A stretch of 61,717 nucleotides of DNA, the filler included. It is 3 parts of 3 records of this genome, joined end to end, with 100 filler letters (N's around TTAATTAATTAA, not from the genome) between each part and the next. Parts side by side here need not be neighbours in the genome. Positions count along the whole stretch, not along the records: positions 1 to 14,790 come from SRR20825006_138; positions 14,891 to 42,415 come from SRR20825006_140; 1 more part is not named here. One strand, given 5' to 3'. A program made the translations under genes and the position numbers. Below, piece by piece: positions 8,389-17,948 of the stretch. Under the pieces are notes generated by a model, which was not told where the DNA came from, did not search any database, and worked only from the letters and a program-made list of their open reading frames with translations. Within the stretch, counting starts at the first letter, position 1, and each line of letters begins with the position of its first letter.

Positions 8389-9924
8389 ATGAATTGGAAA
8401 TGTTTCGCGAGCTTGTTGATGCTGTTTTTCCTGAGTGCTCAGGTGAACGCCGATGACACGGCTTCGTCGAAAGACACAGCCGCTGACGAAAAATCAAGCG
8501 ACGAGCTAACGGACAAATTCGTCACGACCGAGCATTCTTTCAGCGTTGCCGGCGAGACCATTGACTACACCGCCACCGCCGGTCGACTCGTCATGCAAAC
8601 TGACGAACTGGATCCGAAGGCCGAGGTGTTCTTCGTCTCCTACACAAGAAAAACAGACGACGTCACCAAACGTCCGATCACCTTCTGCTTCAACGGAGGG
8701 CCAGGTTCATCATCCGTTTGGTTGCACTTGGGGATGTTGGGGCCAAAGATCATTCGCTTTCCCGATGACGCGTCATTTTTGCGACCGCCCTATCACTTGG
8801 ATGAAAATCACCAAAGCCTGCTCGACATCACCGATCTGGTTTTCATTGATCCGGTGAGCACCGGATACAGCCGTCCGGCAAAGGACGTCAACAAAAGTGA
8901 ATTCCATGGATACAACGAAGACGTTCGTAGCGTCGGTCAATTCATTCACGACTACACCACGATCTTCGAACGTTGGCTCTCACCCAAGGTCATCCTGGGT
9001 GAAAGTTACGGTGGACTCCGCGTGGCGGGACTGAGTGGTTACTTGCGTGATCACTACAAAATGGAACTCAATGGCGCCGTCGTCATTTCCGGCGCGATCA
9101 ACTTTCAAACGCTTCGGTTCTCGCCCAGCAACGACGTTCCCGACGTTTGCTTTCTGCCGACCTACACCGCAACGGCTTGGTACCACAAACAACTGAACGA
9201 CGAACTGCAATCGTTGCCCCTGGCCGACGTTGTTGCGGAATCGGAAAAATTCGCCTATCGGCAATACGCTCCCGCACTGCTGAAAGGAACCAGTATTGGC
9301 AAGAAGGAGCGTGAACGTGTCGCCAAAGAACTGGCTCGTTTAACGGGTCTGTCTGAAGACTACCTGCTGTCGTCCAACTTGAAGCTCTCGATGCAACGGT
9401 TTGGCAAAGAACTGCTTCGCGACGAAGGTTTGACGGTCGGCCGGTTTGATGGTCGCTACACCAGCATCGATCGCGACTCAGCCGGCGAAACACCTGAATT
9501 CGATGCCAGTGGTGCTGCAATCTTCGGCCCCTTCACGGCATGCCTGAACGACTACATGCATCGCGATTTGAATTACAAGGATCGCCGCGTTTATGAAATC
9601 CTGACTGGCAACGTGCACCCGTGGAGTTACAAACCGTTTGAGGGTCGCTACGTCGACGCTTCAGAAACGCTTCGCGGCGCGATGGCCGCCAACCCATCGC
9701 TGAAATTGTTCGTCGCCTGCGGTTACTTCGACTTAGCAACGCCTCACTTCGCGATGGAATACACCATCGATCACATGGGGCTCTCACCGGAAAGAAGCAA
9801 GAACCTGACGATCAAGCACTATGAGGGCGGACACATGATGTACATCCACGAACCGTCGCTCAAACAACTCCGCAAGGACTTGGTCGAGTTCTATGACGAC
9901 GCCGTTGGGCACTCGGCGGATTAA
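8389..9924 (+). CDS. Peptidase S10 family serine carboxypeptidase (secreted)
   Basis: NGGPGSSS, IDPVSTGYS, GESYGG, GYFDLATP, GGHMMY; signal peptide from MNWKCF. Confidence 0.9.
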   Translation: MNWKCFASLLMLFFLSAQVNADDTASSKDTAADEKSSDELTDKFVTTEHSFSVAGETIDYTATAGRLVMQTDELDPKAEVFFVSYTRKTDDVTKRPITFCFNGGPGSSSVWLHLGMLGPKIIRFPDDASFLRPPYHLDENHQSLLDITDLVFIDPVSTGYSRPAKDVNKSEFHGYNEDVRSVGQFIHDYTTIFERWLSPKVILGESYGGLRVAGLSGYLRDHYKMELNGAVVISGAINFQTLRFSPSNDVPDVCFLPTYTATAWYHKQLNDELQSLPLADVVAESEKFAYRQYAPALLKGTSIGKKERERVAKELARLTGLSEDYLLSSNLKLSMQRFGKELLRDEGLTVGRFDGRYTSIDRDSAGETPEFDASGAAIFGPFTACLNDYMHRDLNYKDRRVYEILTGNVHPWSYKPFEGRYVDASETLRGAMAANPSLKLFVACGYFDLATPHFAMEYTIDHMGLSPERSKNLTIKHYEGGHMMYIHEPSLKQLRKDLVEFYDDAVGHSAD

Positions 9925-10015
9925 TCTCTGGTGCTTCGTTGGGCGAGCGTCACTTTGGATGCAATTCAACGCGATTCGTAGCAACCTCCGTTCGCATTTG
10001 CGAGCTGTTGATTCA

Positions 10016-10081
10016 ATGAGCCGTACCGCGCTCGCAGCGGTTGACAGGACGCCAACCGAGACGAACGCCCCAATAGCTCAT
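10016..10081. repeat. Imperfect inverted-repeat doublet between convergent genes (REP-like)
   Basis: ATGAGCcgtaccGCGcTCGcagCGGTT ... AACCGagaCGAaCGCcccaataGCTCAT. Confidence 0.5.
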
Positions 10082-10142
10082 CCAACGTGACTCAGTCGAA
10101 TCAGCAACTGTTCCGGAACGAGGCCGCAAACGTCGCGGCGAT

Positions 10143-10847
10143 CTATGAGTTTGAGATCAATGCGGCTTCGGACCACAACGATGGATCTTCCGCGACGGGG
10201 AAATCAGTGCTCAGCGTCAACGCTTGATTGCCCAGTTCCCGGTCTGCGACGAGGTAGTAGAAACCGATCTGAGATTGATCCTTCGGGTCGTAGCCCGTCA
10301 AAGCCTCGGCGGGTATCAAACCCGATAACTCATAGCCATCATGACGCGGAATCGCGTGAATCTTCAAAGCGTCCGGCCGGATCGGCTTTGGATTCGTCCG
10401 TGCCCGATTGATGGGCACCATCGCTGCGACGGGGCGCTCCCGCTTTGGGCCACCGCCGGCGGGCAACCACAGAAACCGGTGGCAATGCTGTGTGGCTCGG
10501 TGAATGTTGGGACTGTTCCGCGTGTCCATCCACAAATGCAGACCATCGCTCTCGTCCAACCGCGTCTCGCGGCACCATGGCAGCTGACGCTTTCCGTTGA
10601 CGAGCAAATGAAATCCGATGCCGGACACGTCCCAGGCGATGCGTACATCCGCGTAGATCGGACCGCCTGACAGGGCAGCAAACGATGGCACCCGGCACGA
10701 TGTCGGCAGAGACAAACCTCGCGAGGTCCAATCCAACGCGTGTTGTTGCAGCCGAACTTCGAATCGGAACAACATCGTGGGATCGAGAAGGGGACCTTTG
10801 GCAGAACTCAAGACTACAAACCTGCTCGTGACATTCTTTGGGACCAA
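10143..10847 (-). CDS. Hypothetical protein, DOMON/CBM9-like beta-sandwich
   Basis: ADVRIAWD..GI.F, SDGLHLWMDTR, GYEL...IP, DPSLW pattern; start uncertain (possibly TTG 10811). Confidence 0.6.
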   Translation of the reverse strand: MVPKNVTSRFVVLSSAKGPLLDPTMLFRFEVRLQQHALDWTSRGLSLPTSCRVPSFAALSGGPIYADVRIAWDVSGIGFHLLVNGKRQLPWCRETRLDESDGLHLWMDTRNSPNIHRATQHCHRFLWLPAGGGPKRERPVAAMVPINRARTNPKPIRPDALKIHAIPRHDGYELSGLIPAEALTGYDPKDQSQIGFYYLVADRELGNQALTLSTDFPVAEDPSLWSEAALISNS

Positions 10848-11309
10848 TCAGCCGCGGTGACATCGCTGCGGCAATCAAAAGCGTACCGGGTTCGTTCCGA
10901 TTGGGAATGGTGGGAAGCTCGCAGCACCGCTCCCCGTTCTGGCAATTTCCCATCGCTGGCTTCATCCGGAAGCGCGCCGTGAACGTCGTTTCAGTAGGCG
11001 AATTGTGGAGGTTTCTTCAATAAAGCGGGCGTGAAACCGACCGGACTTTACCCAACCGGAACAACCTGAACGGTCGAGGTGAAAACGAAATGCTTTCCCA
11101 GGCGATTTCAATTCCCCAGCCCTCCAAGTCGCCGATAGCGTGCGTTGGAGCGGGATCTCCATCAGACGATTTTGGCGGCGCCAACTTCGGCAATGCCTTG
11201 CCGCTCTGTCCCACCTCACAGCCCACCATCACATTTATACAAACTCCGGTTTCGCAGTGAACTTATTATTCCAAGACGTCGTTCGCTGACCTCCGGCCCA
11301 AATAGAATC

Positions 11310-13046
11310 ATGAAAACTCTTTCCCCCATTCGTCATTGTTCCAATACCGCCAAACGCCTCGCTTTGTCGGTCGCAATCGCCGGTTCAGTCTTCGCTGCGG
11401 GACTGGCCCCCTCACTCGCCCACGCCAAGCGAGTGGACACGGCTCTGACCGGCGGCATCTCGATTCTCGTCCATCGCTTTGACGAAGAAGCCGCCCCCAT
11501 CGATCCGACACCAGTCGTCGTTGAAGAAGCCAAAGACGAAACCGAAAGGAAGACCGACGAATCCGCCAAGCCAACCGAAACAGCCGCCACCGACCAAGCC
11601 CGGCAAAAGATCGTCGCGATTCCTGGCACGCACGATTCGATCCCAACCGTCACCGTCGACCTCTCACCTGAAGCCGCCCCCGCAGAAGCCGACCTGCCCG
11701 CCACGGACGACGCCGAAACAAACTCTGGACTGCAACTCGCCGCCGCCGACACTGACGTTGCTCCCGCTCAAACCACCAGCGTTCGACGCACGTCATCTGA
11801 CTTCAACGAAATGCTGGCCGCCGTCGCTGCTTCGACCGCAGCCAAAATCGGCATTCCTCTGGAACAGTTCCTTGAACCGTTCGCGATGATTCGCACCAAA
11901 GCAAAGTTGCCACCGGTTGCCGGCGAACTGGATCCTTCCATCGGAGCAGCCGTCGCCGACGACGAAGCCTTGGCTCAAGCGGTCGCTCTGAACCGTTGGT
12001 GGTTGGATGAATCCAAACCGGAAGTCGACTCCGACGAGAACGTGCTGCAAAGCCAAGTCGTTGAAAAGGCATCGAAGCCAATCCCGACGCCTCACAAATT
12101 CACGATCGACGTTCGCGAAGAGTTGGCTGCTCTCGCAGCGGAAGAACCTTTCGATGTCACTCAGCCCTCGGTGATCTTGCCCTTCATCGCCAAGCATGAC
12201 TTCTCGGCCCCGGCGATCGACTCGCCCCCCGCGATCGAGACATCGGCTGAGTCCGCGACTGAACCCGAAGTTGTCGAGGAAGACATCGATCGCTTGGCGG
12301 GAAGCTCGCCCGTCATCGTGACGTTGGAAGAAGCGTATCTGCCATACGATTTGAATGAAGGCGACATTCACCAAGCCCAGGTGGTGAAGTCGTCACCGGA
12401 CTGCTTGCTCGATGAAGCGGTTTGGCAAGTCAGCAAGTTGGCAGATCAGGCGGAATGCTTCACGCCGCGTGAATTGGGTGGATTGTTGGCAGATGTTTCG
12501 CGTCGGCGGGCGAGCATCGAAGCGGATGTGTTGGATGTCGTCGCCCACGACTTGGCGTCGATCGTCGCGACACCAGTCCCGATGATGTTGGTCGATGGCG
12601 AACCGGTGCCGAAGCCGGTCGCCGATGCGGAGCCGGACGCCGTCCACTCGATCGACACGATGGTCGTCGACGGCGAAGTCATTCCGGCTCCGATTCCGGA
12701 CGCGGTTCCCGATGAGTTGCCCAACTCGGCGATCATCGAAATCATGTTGGTCGATGGCGATTTGGTTCCCGCACCCACGCCCGACACCGCACCGGATGCA
12801 CCTGAGTCGGCACCAGCCATTCCGACCATGCTGGTCGATGGCGACGCGATCCCGGCACCCACGCCGGATGGAATTCCCAATGGGCTCGTGAGCTTGGACA
12901 CGGCCACCGGAATCGAATCGATTGTCGCCGTCGATGTGGTCCCTGAATCGGCTTATCCGAAGATGAACCCAGGATTGGATCCGGCCGCGATGGATGCTGA
13001 AACTCAATTGGCCACGCGTCCCGAAGACGAGAGCGTTCAACGCTAG
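11310..13046 (+). CDS. Acidic exported hypothetical protein with internal tandem repeats
   Basis: Long ORF; signal-like segment (LALSVAIAGSVFAAGLAPSLAHA); D/E/P/A-rich. Confidence 0.7.
   Translation: MKTLSPIRHCSNTAKRLALSVAIAGSVFAAGLAPSLAHAKRVDTALTGGISILVHRFDEEAAPIDPTPVVVEEAKDETERKTDESAKPTETAATDQARQKIVAIPGTHDSIPTVTVDLSPEAAPAEADLPATDDAETNSGLQLAAADTDVAPAQTTSVRRTSSDFNEMLAAVAASTAAKIGIPLEQFLEPFAMIRTKAKLPPVAGELDPSIGAAVADDEALAQAVALNRWWLDESKPEVDSDENVLQSQVVEKASKPIPTPHKFTIDVREELAALAAEEPFDVTQPSVILPFIAKHDFSAPAIDSPPAIETSAESATEPEVVEEDIDRLAGSSPVIVTLEEAYLPYDLNEGDIHQAQVVKSSPDCLLDEAVWQVSKLADQAECFTPRELGGLLADVSRRRASIEADVLDVVAHDLASIVATPVPMMLVDGEPVPKPVADAEPDAVHSIDTMVVDGEVIPAPIPDAVPDELPNSAIIEIMLVDGDLVPAPTPDTAPDAPESAPAIPTMLVDGDAIPAPTPDGIPNGLVSLDTATGIESIVAVDVVPESAYPKMNPGLDPAAMDAETQLATRPEDESVQR
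12585..12885 (+). repeat. Four intragenic repeats of 25-28 aa (M[LV]VDG[ED]x[VI]P[AK]PxxD)
   Basis: Units start at 12585, 12660, 12744 and 12828 (periods 75, 84, 84 nt). Confidence 0.85.
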
Positions 13047-13098
13047 CAGAATCAGGCGATTCGCATTCCACCGCGAATCACCATCATCACTTCGAAGC

Positions 13099-13137
13099 CG
13101 AAACCCACGATGTTGAATACCAACGTCGTGGGTTTCG
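13099..13137 (+). terminator. Hairpin, probable terminator
   Basis: CGAAACCCACGATGTTG-aatac-CAACGTCGTGGGTTTCG (17 bp, one G-U pair) after the stop at 13046. Confidence 0.65.
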
Positions 13138-13202
13138 CTCGTTTATACTTGCCGCACAAGTCTCTATCCCCGTGTCTCAATCCTCGTGCGGAAGTTGCAT
13201 TG

Positions 13203-14735
13203 ATGAACCTCAAACGGATCTTTGGTCTCGGACTCCTACTCGGCTTTGCTCTCAGTTCTCAATTCTCTTTTGGACAAGAACCGGACGCAAAAAAAGCCAG
13301 CCAGCGCAAGAATGTTCTCTTTCTCATTTCCGATGACTTGAACACTCGCATCGGTTGCTACGGCGATCCGATCGTTCAAACACCCAACATCGATCGCTTG
13401 GCCGCTCGAGGTGTCTTGTTCGAGAACGCCGCCTGCCAATACCCGCTCTGCGGACCGTCACGCAATTCAATGCTGTGCGGTCTCTATCCCGACACGACGG
13501 GCATTCACGGCAACGCCCAAATCTTCCGAGATTCCATTCCCCAGCGTTGGTCGCTGCCGCAAGCATTTCGCTTGGATGGGTACTTCGCCGGACGAATCGG
13601 CAAACTGTACCACTACAACGTTCCCAAGTCGGTCGGAACAAACGGCCACGACGATCCCGCGTCTTGGGAATTGGAACTGAACCCTGCCGGTTGCGATCGA
13701 CTGATCGAAGAACCAGACATCTTCACGCTTCGAAAAGGTGCGTTTGGCGGAACACTCTCTTGGTATGCATCCCCTCGCCCCGATGAAGCTCACACCGACG
13801 GAATGCTCGCCGATGATGCATTGTGGGTCTTGGAACGATGTGCCAAACGCAACGACCGCCCGTTCTTCTTGGCCGTCGGTTTCTATCGACCTCACACGCC
13901 CTATGTCGCGCCGAAGGAATACTTCGAGCCATACAAGTTGGAAGACATGCCTTTGTTCGACGACGTGGAAGAAGACAACGCGGACGTCCCCGCCGCGGCT
14001 CTGTTGAGCAAGAAGAAGGAACAAGATCAACTCAACGACGAGCTGCGTCGGCAAGCGATTCAGGCTTATTACGCCAGCACAACGTTCATGGACGCGCAAG
14101 TCGGCAAGGTGCTCGACACGCTAAAACGCACCGGTTTGGACAAGAACACGATCGTGGTCTTCACCAGCGACCACGGTTACTTCCTTGGCGAAAAAGGATT
14201 GTGGCAAAAGCAGGCTTTGTTCGACAAAGTCGCTGGCGTGCCATTGATCATCGCCGAACCGGGACGCACAGAAGGTTCAATCGCGAAGTCACCTGTTGGC
14301 TTGGTCGACTTGTACCCGACACTCGCTGAGCTGTGCGACGTTCCCACGCAAAAGTTGATGCAGGGACAATCCCTCGTGCCGATGTTGCGCGATCCATCGC
14401 AAGCCGGTCGCGGCTATTCCATGTCGATGGTCGCGCGAAACGATCGCCAGACCAAGCAACGCTATTACGGCTATTCGATTCGAACCGAGCGATATCGTTT
14501 GACACTTTGGGACGACGGCAAGCGAGGAACCGAACTCTACGACCATCAAAACGATCCCGAAGAGTTCACCAACTTGGCCCACGGGGAACGAAAGAACGAC
14601 CCCAACAACGCCAAAGTGATTCGCGAGCTGACTGAGAAACTAAAAGCCGAAATGGCCAACGGGATGCCCGCCTCCGGAAAACGGACGGAATACAAAGTCG
14701 GCAACTGGAACCCAATGCTTCGAATCGACAACTGA
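13203..14735 (+). CDS. Sulfatase (S1 family, iduronate-2-sulfatase/choline-sulfatase-like)
   Basis: NVLFLISDDL, CGPSR formylglycine motif, GKLYH, RPHTP, SDHG, KQALF; signal peptide. Confidence 0.92.
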   Translation: MNLKRIFGLGLLLGFALSSQFSFGQEPDAKKASQRKNVLFLISDDLNTRIGCYGDPIVQTPNIDRLAARGVLFENAACQYPLCGPSRNSMLCGLYPDTTGIHGNAQIFRDSIPQRWSLPQAFRLDGYFAGRIGKLYHYNVPKSVGTNGHDDPASWELELNPAGCDRLIEEPDIFTLRKGAFGGTLSWYASPRPDEAHTDGMLADDALWVLERCAKRNDRPFFLAVGFYRPHTPYVAPKEYFEPYKLEDMPLFDDVEEDNADVPAAALLSKKKEQDQLNDELRRQAIQAYYASTTFMDAQVGKVLDTLKRTGLDKNTIVVFTSDHGYFLGEKGLWQKQALFDKVAGVPLIIAEPGRTEGSIAKSPVGLVDLYPTLAELCDVPTQKLMQGQSLVPMLRDPSQAGRGYSMSMVARNDRQTKQRYYGYSIRTERYRLTLWDDGKRGTELYDHQNDPEEFTNLAHGERKNDPNNAKVIRELTEKLKAEMANGMPASGKRTEYKVGNWNPMLRIDN

Positions 14736-14757
14736 GCGGGGGCGACGGCGGTCGCCG

Positions 14758-14790
14758 GCTTCTAGCTTCTAGCTTCTAGCTCGTGCTCGT
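14758..14790. repeat. Simple repeat (GCTTCTA)x3 + (GCTCGT)x2 at contig end
   Basis: Read directly; preceded by a GGCGAC-ggcg-GTCGCC hairpin at 14741-14756. Confidence 0.8.
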
Positions 14791-14890
14791 NNNNNNNNNN
14801 NNNNNNNNNNNNNNNNNNNNNNNNNNNNNNNNNNTTAATTAATTAANNNNNNNNNNNNNNNNNNNNNNNNNNNNNNNNNNNNNNNNNNNN
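14791..14890. other. Artificial contig linker
   Basis: N44-TTAATTAATTAA-N44 (stops in all six frames); abrupt composition change across it. Confidence 0.98.
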
Positions 14891-14918
14891 AAAAAATCCC
14901 GATATATCGGGATTTTTT
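14891..14918. terminator. Bidirectional intrinsic terminator downstream of queA
   Basis: Perfect palindrome AAAAAATCCCGATATATCGGGATTTTTT. Confidence 0.85.
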
Positions 14919-14937
14919 ATAAATAAGTTTTGTTGTT

Positions 14938-15987
14938 TTAGATAATCAACATTGCATCTCCGTAGGTGTAAAACCTGTACTTTTCTTTAATTGCTTCGGC
15001 ATACGCTTCTTTAATAAAATCGTGTCCAGCAAATGCTGAAACCATCATCAATAAAGTAGACTTTGGCGTATGGAAATTTGTAACCATTGCGTTTGCAATA
15101 CTAAAATCATACGGAGGAAAAATAAATTTATTAGTCCATCCTGAAAAAGTATTTAATGAATGGTTTGAAGAAACTGAACTTTCCAAAGCACGCATTGCAG
15201 TTGTACCAACAGCACATACCCGTTTTTTTCTTTGAATTCCTGTATTAATAATATCTACCGCTTTTTGATCGATACTCATTTCTTCAGAATCCATTTTGTG
15301 TTTTGAAAGATCTTCAACTTCCACAGAGCTAAAAGTACCTAAACCTACGTGAAGTGTAACCTCAGCAACGTTTACACCTTTAATTTCAAGACGTTTCAAT
15401 AAATGCTTTGAAAAATGCAATCCTGCAGTTGGTGCCGCAACAGCGCCTTCATTTTTAGCAAAAATAGTTTGATAACGATCTGCATCTTCAGGCTCTACCT
15501 CTCTTTTTATGTATTTAGGAAGTGGCGTTTCTCCAAGTTCAGTTAATTTATTACGAAACTCTTCATACGAACCATCAAAAAGAAAACGTAGTGTTCTTCC
15601 ACGAGATGTTGTATTGTCGATAACCTCAGCCACCAATGTTTCATCATCACCAAAATACAACTTATTACCAATTCTAATTTTTCGTGCTGGATCTACTAAA
15701 ACATCCCAAAGACGAGTTTCAGAATTTAATTCTCTCAAAAGAAAAACTTCAATACGCGCACCTGTTTTTTCTTTATTTCCGAATAAACGTGCAGGGAAAA
15801 CTTTGGTGTTATTTGTTACTAATACGTCATCCTCCTCAAAATAATCAATAAGATCTTTAAAAGTTTTGTGCTCAATGGTTTTTTCCTTTCGGTTTAGAAC
15901 CATTAAACGTGATTCATCTCTATTTGGAGCTGGATATTCTGCCAATAATTCCTCTGGAAGATTAAAGCTGAAGTTTGAAAGTTTCAT
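14938..15987 (-). CDS. queA: S-adenosylmethionine:tRNA ribosyltransferase-isomerase
   Basis: [58 protein letters not shown]. Confidence 0.97.
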   Translation of the reverse strand: MKLSNFSFNLPEELLAEYPAPNRDESRLMVLNRKEKTIEHKTFKDLIDYFEEDDVLVTNNTKVFPARLFGNKEKTGARIEVFLLRELNSETRLWDVLVDPARKIRIGNKLYFGDDETLVAEVIDNTTSRGRTLRFLFDGSYEEFRNKLTELGETPLPKYIKREVEPEDADRYQTIFAKNEGAVAAPTAGLHFSKHLLKRLEIKGVNVAEVTLHVGLGTFSSVEVEDLSKHKMDSEEMSIDQKAVDIINTGIQRKKRVCAVGTTAMRALESSVSSNHSLNTFSGWTNKFIFPPYDFSIANAMVTNFHTPKSTLLMMVSAFAGHDFIKEAYAEAIKEKYRFYTYGDAMLII

Positions 15988-16026
15988 TCCCATAATTCGT
16001 CGTGTCTTTATATTTTTAAAAGGCTG

Positions 16027-16059
16027 CAAATATACAACCTCAGAATAGGCGTTGTCAAG
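16027..16059 (-). promoter_or_regulatory. Bacteroidota housekeeping promoter for queA
   Basis: Minus strand: TATATTTG (-7, TAnnTTTG) at 16034-16027 and TTG (-33) 21 nt upstream. Confidence 0.7.
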
Positions 16060-16149
16060 TAAATGAAGGTTTATTTCACTCAGGAATCCTCAAAACATGA
16101 GTTTTAATTGTACTCAAGCTTCTTACAATTACATATTTGGGGTAAATAA

Positions 16150-17382
16150 CTACAAAAATTCACAAGAGACACCTGTTTTTTGAAGGTCGTTCCAAAAATT
16201 AGGGTACGATTTTGAAACCACCTCAGCTGCATTTATAAAAATGCTTGTTTTTACTGCAAGCGGCGCAAAAGCCATTGCCATTCGGTGGTCTTGATATGTT
16301 TCAACAGACACAGCTGCATTCATTTTTGTTGCTTTTTGAAGAATTAAAGTACTGTCATCCACTTGAATTTTAGCACCTAACTTCTCTAACTCGTTTTTTA
16401 AAGCCAAAAGTCTATCAGTTTCTTTAATTTTTAAGGTGTGAAGTCCTGAAAGATTACAACCAATGCCCAATCCAAAACAGCTTACGGCAATGGTTTGCGC
16501 CAAATCTGGAGTGTTAGCCAAGTTAAGCATTAAGGTATCTGGCAAGGCTGTATGTTTTTTAGAAAGCGAAATAGTCTTGTCTGAATCATTAAAAACGGTT
16601 TGCACTCCTAAAGCTTCATAAATTTGAACCAAAGCGGAATCGCCTTGCAAACTTGCTCCTGAAAAACTTCCAAGAACCATTTTTAAATTTTCTGAAAGTG
16701 AAACTAAACTATAAAAATAGGAAGCCGAACTCCAGTCTGATTCTACAATCAAAGTTGTATTTTCTATCGTTTTTGTAGCCGGGATTATTATTTCATTGTT
16801 GTTGAAATCACCACTAATTCCAAGCTGCTTTAAAAGAGAAAGCGTCATTTCAATATATGGAATCGATGTTGTTTTTCCTTCCAAAATAATACGAAGTCCG
16901 TTGGGAAGCATTGGAGCAACTAGCATTAATGCTGAAATATATTGACTGCTAACATCAGCTTTAATTTTCACCTCACTTTTTTCAAGTGTTGTTCCTGTTA
17001 TTTTTAATGGTGGAAAACCTTCATTTTTAAGGTATTCAATATCAGCACCCAAACTTTTTAGCGCATCTACTAAAATTCCAACCGGTCTTTCCTGCATACG
17101 TTTACTCCCCGTAAGCGTTATTTGAGCACCTTTTTTTGCTGCAAAATATGCAGTAAGAAAACGCATTGCTGTACCTGCGTGATGCACATCTACAGTGCCA
17201 TTAAAGGTTTTAATACCTTCCTGTAATACTTTTGTATCGTCGCTTTCAGATATATTTTTAATTGAAATATTCGGAAATTGAGCTTGAAGAATCAGCATTC
17301 TATTCGATTCACTTTTTGAACCGCTTATGTTAATGTTTATCGTTTTGCTTGGAGAAACTCCAGATTTTAGAATGGCTTTCAT
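16150..17382 (-). CDS. aroA: EPSP synthase
   Basis: SGSKSESNR, AGTAMRF, SSQYISAL, KETDRL, DHRMAMAF. Confidence 0.96.
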   Translation of the reverse strand: MKAILKSGVSPSKTININISGSKSESNRMLILQAQFPNISIKNISESDDTKVLQEGIKTFNGTVDVHHAGTAMRFLTAYFAAKKGAQITLTGSKRMQERPVGILVDALKSLGADIEYLKNEGFPPLKITGTTLEKSEVKIKADVSSQYISALMLVAPMLPNGLRIILEGKTTSIPYIEMTLSLLKQLGISGDFNNNEIIIPATKTIENTTLIVESDWSSASYFYSLVSLSENLKMVLGSFSGASLQGDSALVQIYEALGVQTVFNDSDKTISLSKKHTALPDTLMLNLANTPDLAQTIAVSCFGLGIGCNLSGLHTLKIKETDRLLALKNELEKLGAKIQVDDSTLILQKATKMNAAVSVETYQDHRMAMAFAPLAVKTSIFINAAEVVSKSYPNFWNDLQKTGVSCEFL

Positions 17383-17621
17383 CGCCTTGATTCTTTTTCA
17401 CTGAGCTTTGATTTAAACTTTCCGAAAGTCACAAAAAAGCCATATACAAAGCCTGCTAATAATAACGTGGCTATAAACATTAGTGGATTTCTTTCAGTGA
17501 AATATGCCAATGAAAACCCTTCAATTGCCCATTTAATGAGTGCAAAAACTACTGCAAAAGCAATTGCTAAAAAACATACTGATTTCCAAAATCCTTTTGT
17601 ATTTATAACTTTTTTAAACAT
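17379..17621 (-). CDS. Small 2-TM membrane protein
   Basis: Two hydrophobic helices; abuts both neighbours (ATGA overlap with aroA). Confidence 0.75.
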   Translation of the reverse strand: MFKKVINTKGFWKSVCFLAIAFAVVFALIKWAIEGFSLAYFTERNPLMFIATLLLAGFVYGFFVTFGKFKSKLSEKESRR

Positions 17622-17948
17622 TTATTTTAGCTTTTTATTTCCGTGATGCCTATCGTGGTCACGTTTGGTTTTTAGATCAAGTTTCTTTTCAAAAGCCTTT
17701 TCTAAATCTATTCCTGTTTGGTTTGCTAGGCATAAAACTACAAAAATAACATCTGCAAGCTCTTCGCCCAAATCTTTATCTTTGTCTGATTCCTTTTCAC
17801 TTTGCTCGCCATAGCGTCGGGCAATAATACGTGCAACTTCACCTACTTCTTCTGTAAGTTGCGCCATATTTGTGAGTTCATTAAAGTAACGAACACCGTG
17901 TTCCTTTATCCAAGTATCAACTGCTAATTGTGCGTTTTTTAGATCCAT
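17622..17948 (-). CDS. MazG-like nucleotide pyrophosphohydrolase (YpjD type)
   Basis: LTEEVGEVAR and LGEELADV EExxE/ExxD motifs. Confidence 0.92.
   Translation of the reverse strand: MDLKNAQLAVDTWIKEHGVRYFNELTNMAQLTEEVGEVARIIARRYGEQSEKESDKDKDLGEELADVIFVVLCLANQTGIDLEKAFEKKLDLKTKRDHDRHHGNKKLK

Noticed and set aside
12585-12885. CRISPR-like periodicity
   Set aside because: The repeats are in-frame, diverged at synonymous positions and inside a CDS; no cas genes or identical direct repeats were seen anywhere in the window.
14835-14846. TTAATTAATTAA palindrome (also at 42460-42471)
   Set aside because: Synthetic six-frame stop inside N padding, not biological.
2131-17382. Two aroA genes, each preceded by a small membrane gene with an ATGA overlap
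   Set aside because: They lie in different organisms on either side of an artificial linker, and the small genes share no visible similarity. This is not a duplication.
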